Origin: Candidatus Woesearchaeota archaeon
GTDB lineage: Archaea; Nanobdellota; Nanobdellia; Woesearchaeales; SKIA01
Length of the DNA: 64,000 nucleotides
Direction of reading: 5' to 3'
NCBI GenBank assembly: GCA_043771635.1
Contig: JAYVHA010000019.1
Coordinates: forward strand, 1,248-65,247
The translations under genes and the position numbers were made by a program. Shown piece by piece: positions 40,984-49,482 of the stretch. Each line of letters starts with the position of its first letter. Position 1 is the first letter of the stretch. The notes below the pieces were generated by a model. The model did no database searches and was not told the DNA's origin. It saw nothing but the letters and a program-made list of their open reading frames with translations.

Positions 40984-41418
40984 TCATTTATTAGGCGAAT
41001 AAGGCACTACATACAAAGTACCCTGGTAAGTGCCAAGCGGAGCATCGAGCGACGGACGCAAACTAATGTTTACCTCAGCAGGTAAAGTAGTAATACTGGG
41101 CTGTATTATGATCCACTCACTTCCTTTACCTCTTGCTAACACAAGTACTTGACGCTTGGCTTGCGCTTCTTGCGTCATGCTGCCAATGCCCGCCTCGACT
41201 TGCAAAGTACGCCAAGAGGCTCCTCCAGGACCTAGCTGACCAAGCCTAAATACATCTTTTCTAGTATCGACACCTGGTACGTCCGCAATTACAAATAGAT
41301 AGGGTATAGACTGAGTTCCGTCAGGAAATTTTTCATTACTTGCAGTCAAGATATACACGGAGGCAGCACTTATAGCACCAACAAAAAGAACTAGAAAAAT
41401 AACAGAGATCAAACGCAT
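40984..41418 (-). CDS. Small secreted protein
   Basis: N-terminal signal peptide (MRLISVIFLVLFVGAISAAS), 144 aa. Confidence 0.4.
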   Translation of the reverse strand: MRLISVIFLVLFVGAISAASVYILTASNEKFPDGTQSIPYLFVIADVPGVDTRKDVFRLGQLGPGGASWRTLQVEAGIGSMTQEAQAKRQVLVLARGKGSEWIIIQPSITTLPAEVNISLRPSLDAPLGTYQGTLYVVPYSPNK

Positions 41419-41422
41419 AATA

Positions 41423-42841
41423 TCATTTCCTCGTGCTTTGGGGACTTGGCTGTGGTGGCGCCCGAGGACTGTCAGGAATTACAGCGTTTGGCGCAGGCGA
41501 GGCAGACTTAGTAGTTTCAGTGTCTGAACCTGGACCCCCGCCTTCATCTTTGCGCCTATGGTAGCGCGAGATTGCAAACAAGATTACCGACGCAACTAGA
41601 ATTATTGCGATTATACCAACAATCAAGTCAGCAGCTGAGAGTTCAACTACAGAGTCCGCTCCAGCAGGAGCTTCATAAGTTGGCGGCTTAGGCGTTTCAT
41701 TAAACACAGCAATCGGCAACAACGCAGTTTTAGAGCCGCCAGGGAAATAAACTGTAACCGTTGCTAATGCCTGCCCTGGCAGTATAGAACGATCAGTTTC
41801 CCAGAAATTAGTCATAGCGCCAGGTTGAAACGGGTCAATAGCAATTGAAGGTGTCGTACTTGGAGTTGCTCCGAGAACTACAGTAGAGTAAACATTATCA
41901 AGACGTTGATTCCACAAACTCTCCACGTGCACAGTGTAGCGGTTTACAGGCTTATCCAAATAGAGCGGTCCTTCTAGTGCAACAATATCTACATCTTGAG
42001 TGCCTACTGCAAACGAACCATTTGATTCGGCAATAAGATTGTTGTATTCTAGTTTCGCCTGCAACTGATATTTACCTGGCGAATACCCGCTTGATGGAAT
42101 TAATTTGGTGAAATCCTTATTACTACTTCCCGCTATTTCCATCCCATCAAAAGTAAACACATCTTGTAACTCTCCTGCAGCACTTACAATGCGAACTGTT
42201 GCCCGCCCAGAAGTAATAGCCTCTGCACCAAGATTATTTACAAGTAATTTTAGCTGAGTATTCTGTCCTTGAGGAACACTAGGCGCACCAGCAGTAAGCT
42301 CAGCATATTGACCAGGGTATGGTTTCCAAAGAATTATTCTATACCCAACTTCAGTTCTAACTGCGAATGTACCGCCAGTGTCGTCCGGAGCACGTTCTGC
42401 AAAAAATACAAAAGTTGTATGAAAACCAGGAGTTGCAAGTTCTGCAGGGGCTACAAATGCTAACGGAACTGACGCGGTACCACGAGCAGGAATTCGAATA
42501 GGTTGCTTTACCGCAACGGAATTTTTTAATACACCTTCAACACGAACATCAACATCTACAGGCCCATCATTATTGTTAATTAGAGTAACAGTTAAGTCAC
42601 TGCGCTGATTAGGTTCAAAAGTAACATCGACGCGAGGGGGACTCACACCCATAGCCAGTACAGTAGGAAGCGAAGCGATCATGCTCAAAAGCAGCAAAGA
42701 ATAAACTAAGACCTTTGACGAGCTAACCAATTTTGTATTCGCTCTTGTCATGTTTGAAAAAAGCACATCATCGTTTAAAACGGTATTCTTATTACTATTA
42801 GGTTTAGCAATAAATAATAAATTTCTTGGAAGTAGGCTCAC
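41423..42841 (-). CDS. Surface protein with beta-sandwich (CARDB/DUF11-like) repeats and a C-terminal TM anchor with a ~50-aa cytoplasmic tail
   Basis: Signal peptide (likely start at the Met near 42751). C-terminal IVGIIAIILVASVILFAI followed by RYHRRKDEGGG. Confidence 0.5.
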   Translation of the reverse strand: MSLLPRNLLFIAKPNSNKNTVLNDDVLFSNMTRANTKLVSSSKVLVYSLLLLSMIASLPTVLAMGVSPPRVDVTFEPNQRSDLTVTLINNNDGPVDVDVRVEGVLKNSVAVKQPIRIPARGTASVPLAFVAPAELATPGFHTTFVFFAERAPDDTGGTFAVRTEVGYRIILWKPYPGQYAELTAGAPSVPQGQNTQLKLLVNNLGAEAITSGRATVRIVSAAGELQDVFTFDGMEIAGSSNKDFTKLIPSSGYSPGKYQLQAKLEYNNLIAESNGSFAVGTQDVDIVALEGPLYLDKPVNRYTVHVESLWNQRLDNVYSTVVLGATPSTTPSIAIDPFQPGAMTNFWETDRSILPGQALATVTVYFPGGSKTALLPIAVFNETPKPPTYEAPAGADSVVELSAADLIVGIIAIILVASVILFAISRYHRRKDEGGGPGSDTETTKSASPAPNAVIPDSPRAPPQPSPQSTRK

Positions 42842-42853
42842 TTCTCACTCACC

Positions 42854-43462
42854 TTAGATTGCAGAGAAGGTGAGAGTTGAGATGCCAGTGCAACCACCAG
42901 AGAAGCCTACAGCGTCTTGCGGTATAGTTACATTAACATACAACTGAAATGCTCCGGAAGTTGGCACGATTTGCGGACAAGCAAGGCGAGTTGTGCTGTC
43001 TAAGGTAGTCCACGAACTTACGTTTGTACCGTTGCAGCTAGTCGTTATGAACTGAAGTGTAGGGTTTGTGCCACCGATTAAGGTCGCAGCACTGCAACTG
43101 CTTGTTACGTTTACGGACGCGTTAACATTGCCTACATTTTGTACTCTAATAAACCGAGGCGTTACGTTATCACCAGTGCAATTCGCGCCAAACACTCCGT
43201 CACATGCAACTGCATCGTTTGTTGCACAAGTATAATTTGTACCTGATCTAGGAGTACAAGTTCCGAATGCAAGAGTCTTGTTTCCAGCATCTACTTGAAT
43301 GTTAAGTGCACTTGCAACAGTAAGTGACACGTTACCCGTGTCTGTTGTTGCGCGACCTGTAAGACCAGGCAATGCGTCGATACGGATTAAAAAAGATGCG
43401 GAAACTACTAAGAGTGCACCAATTACTAACATTGCTAATGCACTGTTTGAAAGTTCGCTCAT
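42854..43462 (-). CDS. Pilin-like or adhesin-like secreted glycoprotein, paralog 1
   Basis: N-terminal hydrophobic anchor MSELSNSALAMLVIGALLVV. Many NxS/T sequons. About 76% identical (151/199 aligned positions) to the adjacent paralog. Confidence 0.5.
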   Translation of the reverse strand: MSELSNSALAMLVIGALLVVSASFLIRIDALPGLTGRATTDTGNVSLTVASALNIQVDAGNKTLAFGTCTPRSGTNYTCATNDAVACDGVFGANCTGDNVTPRFIRVQNVGNVNASVNVTSSCSAATLIGGTNPTLQFITTSCNGTNVSSWTTLDSTTRLACPQIVPTSGAFQLYVNVTIPQDAVGFSGGCTGISTLTFSAI

Positions 43463-43483
43463 GGTATGTATCCTCTTGTAATT

Positions 43484-44101
43484 CTATATTGCTGTGAAGG
43501 TTAACGTTGACGTTCCTGTACAACCACCCGAGGAGCCTACTGCGTCCTGCGGGATTGTAACGTTCGAAAATAGTCTGAATGCTCCAGAAGTCGGCGCAAT
43601 TCTTGCACAAGCAAGAGTGGTTGTTGTACCTAGCGTAGTCCAAGTTGTAACGTTGGTCGCATTGCATTCAGTAGTCTGGAATTGAAGTTGAGGATTAGTT
43701 CCGCCAATTAAGGTTGCTGCAGTACAGGAGCTTGTTACGTTGACTGAGGCGTTGACGTTACCGACATTAACTACGCGGATGAATCGAATGCTTCCATTAT
43801 CACCAGTGCAGTTTGCACCAAACACTGCGTCACATGCAACTGCATCGTTTGAGGCGCAAGTATAGTTAGAGCCTGCACGAGGAGTACAAGTACCAAAGGC
43901 GATAGTGCTGTTACCTGGGTCTACTTGGATGTTAAGTGCGCTTGCGATAGACAACGAAACGTTTCCAGTATCAGAAGTTGCCCTCCCGGTAAGTCCGAAT
44001 GTTGTTCCATCACTATTGATAGTATACACCGTTGTGCCAACAGTAACAACCAGAGCGGCAAAAACGAGAAGTGCGAGAGTACTATTGGAAATTTCTGCCA
44101 T
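43484..44101 (-). CDS. Pilin-like or adhesin-like secreted glycoprotein, paralog 2
   Basis: MAEISNSTLALLVFAALVVTV anchor. Conserved GLTGRAT(S/T)DTGNVSL and CTPR(A/S)G(S/T)NYTCA(S/T)NDAVACD blocks. Confidence 0.5.
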   Translation of the reverse strand: MAEISNSTLALLVFAALVVTVGTTVYTINSDGTTFGLTGRATSDTGNVSLSIASALNIQVDPGNSTIAFGTCTPRAGSNYTCASNDAVACDAVFGANCTGDNGSIRFIRVVNVGNVNASVNVTSSCTAATLIGGTNPQLQFQTTECNATNVTTWTTLGTTTTLACARIAPTSGAFRLFSNVTIPQDAVGSSGGCTGTSTLTFTAI

Positions 44102-44103
44102 TG

Positions 44104-44316
44104 CTATTGTCCACCGGGAACGTTTAACTGTAAAGTGCCATCGACACCAGCGCGTTCACCAACTTGTAAATTAACTGTGCTATCTGCCACGCTTTGCGCG
44201 GGAGACGCAGACCTAGGGAGAGAATCATGCGCCATGAGCGAATACGTTCCGAAACCGCTTACTGCGATAACAAGAACAAGGAGAATCGCGACGACATTGC
44301 GGGAAACCTCAACCAT
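44104..44316 (-). CDS. 70-aa protein with an N-terminal hydrophobic anchor (pilin-like class III signal candidate)
   Basis: MVEVSRNVVAILLVLVIAVSGFG. The start lies 3 nt after the upstream stop. Confidence 0.35.
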   Translation of the reverse strand: MVEVSRNVVAILLVLVIAVSGFGTYSLMAHDSLPRSASPAQSVADSTVNLQVGERAGVDGTLQLNVPGGQ

Positions 44317-44435
44317 TGAATAGTTTCCAGTTTAGCCAGTTTATAAAAGTTTCTAAATAAAGTGACTCGAACAAGGAGTGACAAATTAAGATTTGAAAAA
44401 TGGTTTTAAGATATAAAGATAATTTCTAAAATATT

Positions 44436-44828
44436 TTATTGTACGGGCGCAGGCACAGTGAAGTTAGCAGGCCTCGTTAATACTTCTTGAACACAGGCGA
44501 CTTCTTCGCATTGTGATGCTACAAAAGTAAGGTTGATGAATGAAAGCGGCACAGGAGTAACAGTACCCTCGATGTTTACTGAACACGAGCGGTTTTCTGC
44601 ACTGTCACCTGCGGCGACTGAGGCGCAATTCTTCGCAACCCAAGCAACTGGATCAACATATTTTCCACAAACTACTCGACTACACTCCCATTTATTGTTG
44701 GCGCTATCTGCACCAGCAATTTTAGCATCCCTACTTGACATGCTGAACGCAGTGAATGCGAGTGCAACTGCGAGAATTGCAATAAGTATGTACATAGTCA
44801 CGAAATGAGAGGATTTATTGCGTTCCAT
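44436..44828 (-). CDS. 130-aa secreted or anchored protein
   Basis: A charged N-terminus followed by a hydrophobic helix (MERNKSSHFVTMYILIAILAVALAF), then Cys-containing segments. Confidence 0.35.
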   Translation of the reverse strand: MERNKSSHFVTMYILIAILAVALAFTAFSMSSRDAKIAGADSANNKWECSRVVCGKYVDPVAWVAKNCASVAAGDSAENRSCSVNIEGTVTPVPLSFINLTFVASQCEEVACVQEVLTRPANFTVPAPVQ

Positions 44829-44829
44829 G

Positions 44830-46047
44830 TTAATTCCTATCCTTGCGAGTGTAGAATCGGTATATAAAATATGCTGCTAATATAGTAAGTAGAATTACCA
44901 GCACAATAGTAAATGCTCTGTTTGATGTAGCGCCTGGTTGAACCTCTACTGGACGTTCAATCGAATCTACACCTAGAATGATAGGGCGGGTTTCTTCTGA
45001 TACTTTATCTGCATAAATTAGCTTGGCTCTTAAAACCGCAGGACCAGCAGTAGCGCTTTTTGTCTCTAGAAACCCTGTAAAACGACCCTCGGCTAGAGGC
45101 ATAATTGTTTGTGAGGCGGAAGTTGCAGTACCTATAGTACTATTCTGCTCTAAAATAAACATAGCCTGTACTGGCAGCGGCGCACCCCACTCGTTTAATA
45201 CATCCACAGAAACGCGAAATGGATCACCCAGTCTAAATTCACCAAAATTAATTCCTAGTATTTTAACATTAAGCGCACCAACAATAATTTCGCTTGTTAC
45301 GCGTAGTTCTGTGGAACCATACGGAACTGACGCGACCGCAGTATACACACCAACAGCGCGAGGATTCCAAGATGCAACTAGATCGCGACTTTCACCTGGT
45401 AAAATTGTTACTTGAGCAAATTCCTGTCGTACCCCATCAAGCAAGATGGAAGATTGGGTGCTAATTGATTGAGTACCAACATTAAGTAAGTGTAGCGTGA
45501 TTAGTACTTCGCTCCCAACTATCCCGCTTGAACTCAGGAGCTCTCCAGTCAGAAACGCACCTTCTTTCGCTGTTTGAACTCGGATAACGTGCATAACCGC
45601 AGATGAAGCAGCCACTGTACCTGCACCAACTGCGCGCGACTCGAATAAAATGCCCGACTCGGAAGTACCAGGCACCGTGTTAGCAGGCAGACGTATTTGC
45701 ACTGGAATTGCACGTGATTCACCGGGCGAAATAACTACTGAAGGGGGCACATCAAGAGCGCCGCCAATAGCTAAAGCGCCTGTCGGCGAAATAGTAATTT
45801 CGAGAGCAGACGACTCATCGTTTCTGACTAATACATCATAGCGTACGACTTCGTTTGCACTGAAAGCTATTGTTTTACTTGCAGGACTTGCTGTGAGGGC
45901 AGACGCTGCACTAAGTGAACTTACAACCAAGATAACTAATAACATAACTAACTTAGCTCGAGAATTGGAATAATTCATTCTAAACTCGCTCCTAGAACAG
46001 TCAAGGTAGTATTTTTTGCACCTTGAGTCTCGCCTTGTGGAACCCAT
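44830..46047 (-). CDS. Surface protein with a beta-sandwich domain and a C-terminal TM anchor. The likely start is the Met near 45978.
   Basis: Signal peptide MNYSNSRAKLVMLLVILVVSSLSAASA. C-terminal FTIVLVILLTILAAYFIY followed by RFYTRKDRN. Confidence 0.5.
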   Translation of the reverse strand: MGSTRRDSRCKKYYLDCSRSEFRMNYSNSRAKLVMLLVILVVSSLSAASALTASPASKTIAFSANEVVRYDVLVRNDESSALEITISPTGALAIGGALDVPPSVVISPGESRAIPVQIRLPANTVPGTSESGILFESRAVGAGTVAASSAVMHVIRVQTAKEGAFLTGELLSSSGIVGSEVLITLHLLNVGTQSISTQSSILLDGVRQEFAQVTILPGESRDLVASWNPRAVGVYTAVASVPYGSTELRVTSEIIVGALNVKILGINFGEFRLGDPFRVSVDVLNEWGAPLPVQAMFILEQNSTIGTATSASQTIMPLAEGRFTGFLETKSATAGPAVLRAKLIYADKVSEETRPIILGVDSIERPVEVQPGATSNRAFTIVLVILLTILAAYFIYRFYTRKDRN

Positions 46048-47198
46048 ACTTTAAGTTCGAATTCGCGAAGCGCTCCGAGCGTTAGGTTACTTGTCAAACT
46101 AGTGTATCCGCTGGTTACGTTTATCCACGCGCTGCTATTTTCATCAGCATACTGGAAATAACTCGTGCTAAGGGCTTGGCTCACCCATAATGCAGCGTTT
46201 GCTTTGGCAGACGTAAGTACATCAACATTACCCGAGTTATTGTATACAAGAGGAGCAGGCGAGCTCGATAAAGTATCATTAGTACGGTTGGCTGTTGGGT
46301 CACTCGGAACAAGCGAGCCGAAATCAGTTGCGCCAGTGGTAAAGGTTATTCCAACGACACTTGGTATGCTAAAGTTAAATTGCGTTGCGTACGCACTGCA
46401 AGTATTACTTGTGTCGCAAGCGCGCACAGTCCAATTATACGCGCGGTCAACGCACAACTTGTCAATGCTCAAGTAGTATGCGGAACTACTGTTCTTTAGT
46501 GGAATAGCTGCGCATCCGCTTGGACTAGTAATATTCCACTGGTAAGTTACCGCATCACCATCAGGATCAGAGACATTTGTCCAGTTGAACGTCGGATAAC
46601 GTGATGAAACTGTGTAGTTATTATTTAGCGGGATTAGGAGCGTTGGTACTGACGGAGCGCTGTTTGATACGCTACCGCACACCTTTCGCGTGTACGCGTC
46701 ACAATCTCCAATATGGGCGTTTGTACTGTTACTGCCTTCAGCAGTGTTCGCGAGCGAGAGCATGCAACCGTATCCTGTCGAGCAAGCCGTATTGTTATAC
46801 TGAATCGACACAGTAGCTAGAGCTGCGGAAAAACACATACTAGTATTGTAGGTACTTTCGTTTGCTTGTTGTGCATGTGCATTGTCAGTGTCGGCAAGGC
46901 GCAGCCAAGTAGTCGCCGCGCCACCGCACGAAGTATTAAACGCACTTACTGCTACTGTAGTTGAATTGCAACATAAACTGTTCGCATATGTACCAACAGA
47001 AACATTTTGTCCGTGCGAATTATTCCATCCGCCAGTATCATTCGCCACACCTAGAAGTTTAATGGTGCTTGCACCACAAGAGCTACTCGCTACAAAGCTG
47101 CAGTTCAAATAACCGAGCGCGCTCGGTACGCTAGACAACAACAGCAAGGTTGCTACAACAAGTATACCTATCGGCCACATGCTAGCGGCAGAGTTCAT
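45975..47198 (-). CDS. Secreted Cys-rich, heavily N-glycosylated protein with a PTFNWTNVSDPDGDAVTYQW Ig/FN3-like repeat
   Basis: Signal peptide MWPIGILVVATLLLLSSVPSALG. About 40 NxS/T sequons. Many Cys residues. Confidence 0.5.
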   Translation of the reverse strand: MNSAASMWPIGILVVATLLLLSSVPSALGYLNCSFVASSSCGASTIKLLGVANDTGGWNNSHGQNVSVGTYANSLCCNSTTVAVSAFNTSCGGAATTWLRLADTDNAHAQQANESTYNTSMCFSAALATVSIQYNNTACSTGYGCMLSLANTAEGSNSTNAHIGDCDAYTRKVCGSVSNSAPSVPTLLIPLNNNYTVSSRYPTFNWTNVSDPDGDAVTYQWNITSPSGCAAIPLKNSSSAYYLSIDKLCVDRAYNWTVRACDTSNTCSAYATQFNFSIPSVVGITFTTGATDFGSLVPSDPTANRTNDTLSSSPAPLVYNNSGNVDVLTSAKANAALWVSQALSTSYFQYADENSSAWINVTSGYTSLTSNLTLGALREFELKVWVPQGETQGAKNTTLTVLGASLE

Positions 47199-48871
47199 TG
47201 CAGCGTTGCTCCACTAAGGAAACTGCCGGCAAGAAGTACGTCTCCTACTTGCGTTATTACGGCAGCATCAGTACCAGCTGCCGTGCGTATAACAAAGTCT
47301 CCACTTGTAGTTCGCTGCGGCGTTGTTCGCGCAGTTAACTTTCCTGCTGAGCGAAGTGCACCTTGTTCGTCGATTGATAGTGTGACAATTCCAGCACCGT
47401 CTTTTATGAGCCAGCCGCTCACTCCAGGTGTCGTACTAAATGTAGCGGCGCCGGTAACAACCATGGTCCCATATTTGTCAATTGCAGCTGCTGCACTGCC
47501 GTCTGCAGCTTCCACAACAAAGCGCCCACGACCACTGCGCAATAGCCACGCTGCACCTTGAGTGCCAGCTATGCATACACTATCAGTATATTCTGCGCCT
47601 GGCTGGTAAACAGTGCCATCTGCGACGCAGGCTGCTTGTGACGCAGCGCAGATTCCTCCTGTTAGTTCACCGTGGTACTGGCTTGTTAGACAAACGCCAC
47701 TTCCACACTGCGATCCTAAAGTACATGCCGCGCCGAGCGCAACTGTAACGCCAGGAATTACTTCCGGAGTATCTGGAACAGGAGCGGGTACAACTGGAAT
47801 TACAACAGGGGGCGCAACAGGCGGCACCGCAGTTATGGTAGTATTATTTGATTCATTTGTGCTATTAGTTGTTGCAACAATAGGAGGCGCAGGTGTAACG
47901 GGTGGCGTCACAACTGGTGGAGTCGTTACTGGATCAACTATTTCGTTGCTTGATGAATTAGTCTCGTTCGATGAATTAGTCTCAGTTGTTTCATTTTCAA
48001 GAGCGTGAGAAATTGGTTCTCCCCGCGTGCCGTATACAACGCGTTCAATGTAGAACTCTACAGCACCGCTCAGTTCAATATCTAGCGCCGCGCTTGCATT
48101 GAGCCCGGGCAGAGAGCAGGTTTCGACGCAAGCATTTAGAAATGCCACAGACTCGTCAGATTGCGCATTCGGCGCAGTTTCTGTGACTTCAGGAGTGTCA
48201 GTTTGTGGCGACGCAGGCAATGTTACTGCTCCAGGTTCACTTGGAGACAGCGTTTCAATTACAGTATCATCAGTAGTCACTCTTCCAGTTAGTCCGCTTG
48301 CACCCTCTTTCTCACTGTCGTATGATGCCACGAGCAACCGAGCATCCCCTAAACGCAAATATACTTTCGCCACCCCATCTCCGCTTGCAGTACCGTCGAT
48401 TCGCAACGACGAGAGAGGATCAGTAATTGAAAGTGGAACCGTTTCACTGCCAGTATAAACGCTGTCAAGTGGCAGCGCATAGAACGATTCATCTTGGCCA
48501 AAAGTGAACAAACCCGTTATAGCTCCAAAGTTTAATGCGATTAAAGCAGCAAACACAATTACAATTGCAAAAGGTACTGCTTTTCGGAGTCTAGGGTGTG
48601 ACGGCGGCTGCGCAGCAAGCATTGCCTCAGTACTTGCAAGATGCTCGTTCAAATCACGGATGACGTCTTTAGGATCTTTACCCGCGTACTCCCGCGCAAC
48701 GATCTGCTTCGCCATTTCAGGCGTTAATTTACCAGACGCTACTTCGCGATCAATTTCAGCTGTAAATTCGTTTACTGCGTCACGCTCTTTCTCGAACTTC
48801 TCGATAAGTTTTTCGAGTTCAGCTCTCATAAGCGCACCACTTTCTTTATAGCACGTTGATACGTGGTCCAA
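47195..48871 (-). CDS. Type II membrane protein: ~95-aa cytoplasmic coiled-coil N-terminus, one TM helix, Pro/Val/Thr-rich stalk, Cys/Gly-rich C-terminal ectodomain
   Basis: TM segment AVPFAIVIVFAALIALNFGAITGLF. The stalk has PPVVTPPVTPAPPIV...PPVAPPVVIPVVPAPVPDTPEV. 4-nt overlap with the downstream gene. Confidence 0.5.
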   Translation of the reverse strand: MDHVSTCYKESGALMRAELEKLIEKFEKERDAVNEFTAEIDREVASGKLTPEMAKQIVAREYAGKDPKDVIRDLNEHLASTEAMLAAQPPSHPRLRKAVPFAIVIVFAALIALNFGAITGLFTFGQDESFYALPLDSVYTGSETVPLSITDPLSSLRIDGTASGDGVAKVYLRLGDARLLVASYDSEKEGASGLTGRVTTDDTVIETLSPSEPGAVTLPASPQTDTPEVTETAPNAQSDESVAFLNACVETCSLPGLNASAALDIELSGAVEFYIERVVYGTRGEPISHALENETTETNSSNETNSSSNEIVDPVTTPPVVTPPVTPAPPIVATTNSTNESNNTTITAVPPVAPPVVIPVVPAPVPDTPEVIPGVTVALGAACTLGSQCGSGVCLTSQYHGELTGGICAASQAACVADGTVYQPGAEYTDSVCIAGTQGAAWLLRSGRGRFVVEAADGSAAAAIDKYGTMVVTGAATFSTTPGVSGWLIKDGAGIVTLSIDEQGALRSAGKLTARTTPQRTTSGDFVIRTAAGTDAAVITQVGDVLLAGSFLSGATLQ

Positions 48872-49116
48872 ACAGTGCGATCATCACGCTGCAGCATCAC
48901 AGCAATCTGACTATAAGTCAAACTATGCTCTTCTTTTAGATAACGGACTATTGCTTCAAGTGCAGAGAGTTCTCTGTCCTTCAGAACTTCGATTGGGATA
49001 GCTATCGGTAACGCTCGAATGTCTATAACATGAGTTTTACGATTAATGACCATCCTTACCCTGTGAGTACCCACACTGTAAGTAATTAAAAAGGTGATTG
49101 TTGGAGTTGATAACAA
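48826..49116 (-). CDS. Small HTH transcriptional regulator (sigma-70 region-4 / LuxR-like helix-turn-helix) at the head of the surface-protein operon
   Basis: LSALEAIVRYLKEEHSLTYSQIAVMLQRDDRTVWTTYQRAIKK fits the region-4 HTH pattern. The likely start is the internal Met at 49053. Confidence 0.45.
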   Translation of the reverse strand: MLSTPTITFLITYSVGTHRVRMVINRKTHVIDIRALPIAIPIEVLKDRELSALEAIVRYLKEEHSLTYSQIAVMLQRDDRTVWTTYQRAIKKVVRL

Positions 49117-49189
49117 ATAATTATTACAATAATTAGGACTATTTACAAACGCATACTTAGATAGGCTGATTTTAGAAGTGAATTTAGAC

Positions 49190-49261
49190 CGTCCCCTGCC
49201 GGGATCGAACCGGCGACCTTTCGATTAACAGTCGAACGCTCTACCGCTGAGCTAAGGGGAC
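49190..49261 (-). tRNA. tRNA-Asn (anticodon GTT)
   Basis: Hand fold. Acceptor GTCCCCT/AGGGGAC. D-stem GCTC/GAGC. Anticodon stem TTCGA/TCGAA with loop CTGTTAA. T-arm GCCGG-TTCGATC-CCGGC. Confidence 0.85.
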
Positions 49262-49264
49262 TGA

Positions 49265-49338
49265 TGGACCCTCGGTGATTTGAACACCGGACCTCTCGAT
49301 TATCAGTCGAGTGCTCTACCAGGCTAAGCTAAGGGACC
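49265..49338 (-). tRNA. tRNA-Ile (anticodon GAT)
   Basis: Hand fold. D-stem GCTT/GAGC. Anticodon stem CTCGA/TCGAG with loop CTGATAA. T-arm CGGTG-TTCAAAT-CACCG. The acceptor has one T.T mismatch at 3-70 as read. Confidence 0.7.
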
Positions 49339-49482
49339 TTAATGCGATGGATTAAAAGGGCGTTTATAAGGATTTCCCAGTTGTAGCGCTATTTGAGCTT
49401 ATTGCAAGAACTCCAAAATAAGCCAGTTTTGACAAGTCAAACGGCCGTCGAGCATAAATACCCTCTAATTTATTGACCTATA

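Larger units (their letters stand above)
42854..44101 (-). repeat. Tandem ~620-bp gene duplication
   Basis: The two adjacent ORFs are collinear and highly similar at the protein level. Confidence 0.6.

Noticed and set aside
38260-49116. A type IV pilus or archaellum assembly locus
   Set aside because: No FlaI/PilB-type ATPase, no FlaJ/PilC-type polytopic platform protein and no prepilin peptidase are present, despite pilin-like N-termini on several small proteins.
29708-49338. An integrated mobile element bounded by tRNA-Thr and the tRNA-Asn/Ile pair
   Set aside because: No integrase, transposase or phage or plasmid genes lie between them, and no obvious att direct repeats were found by eye. 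The interval encodes host-type envelope and MoxR genes. Only a past rearrangement near 49190-49483 remains plausible.
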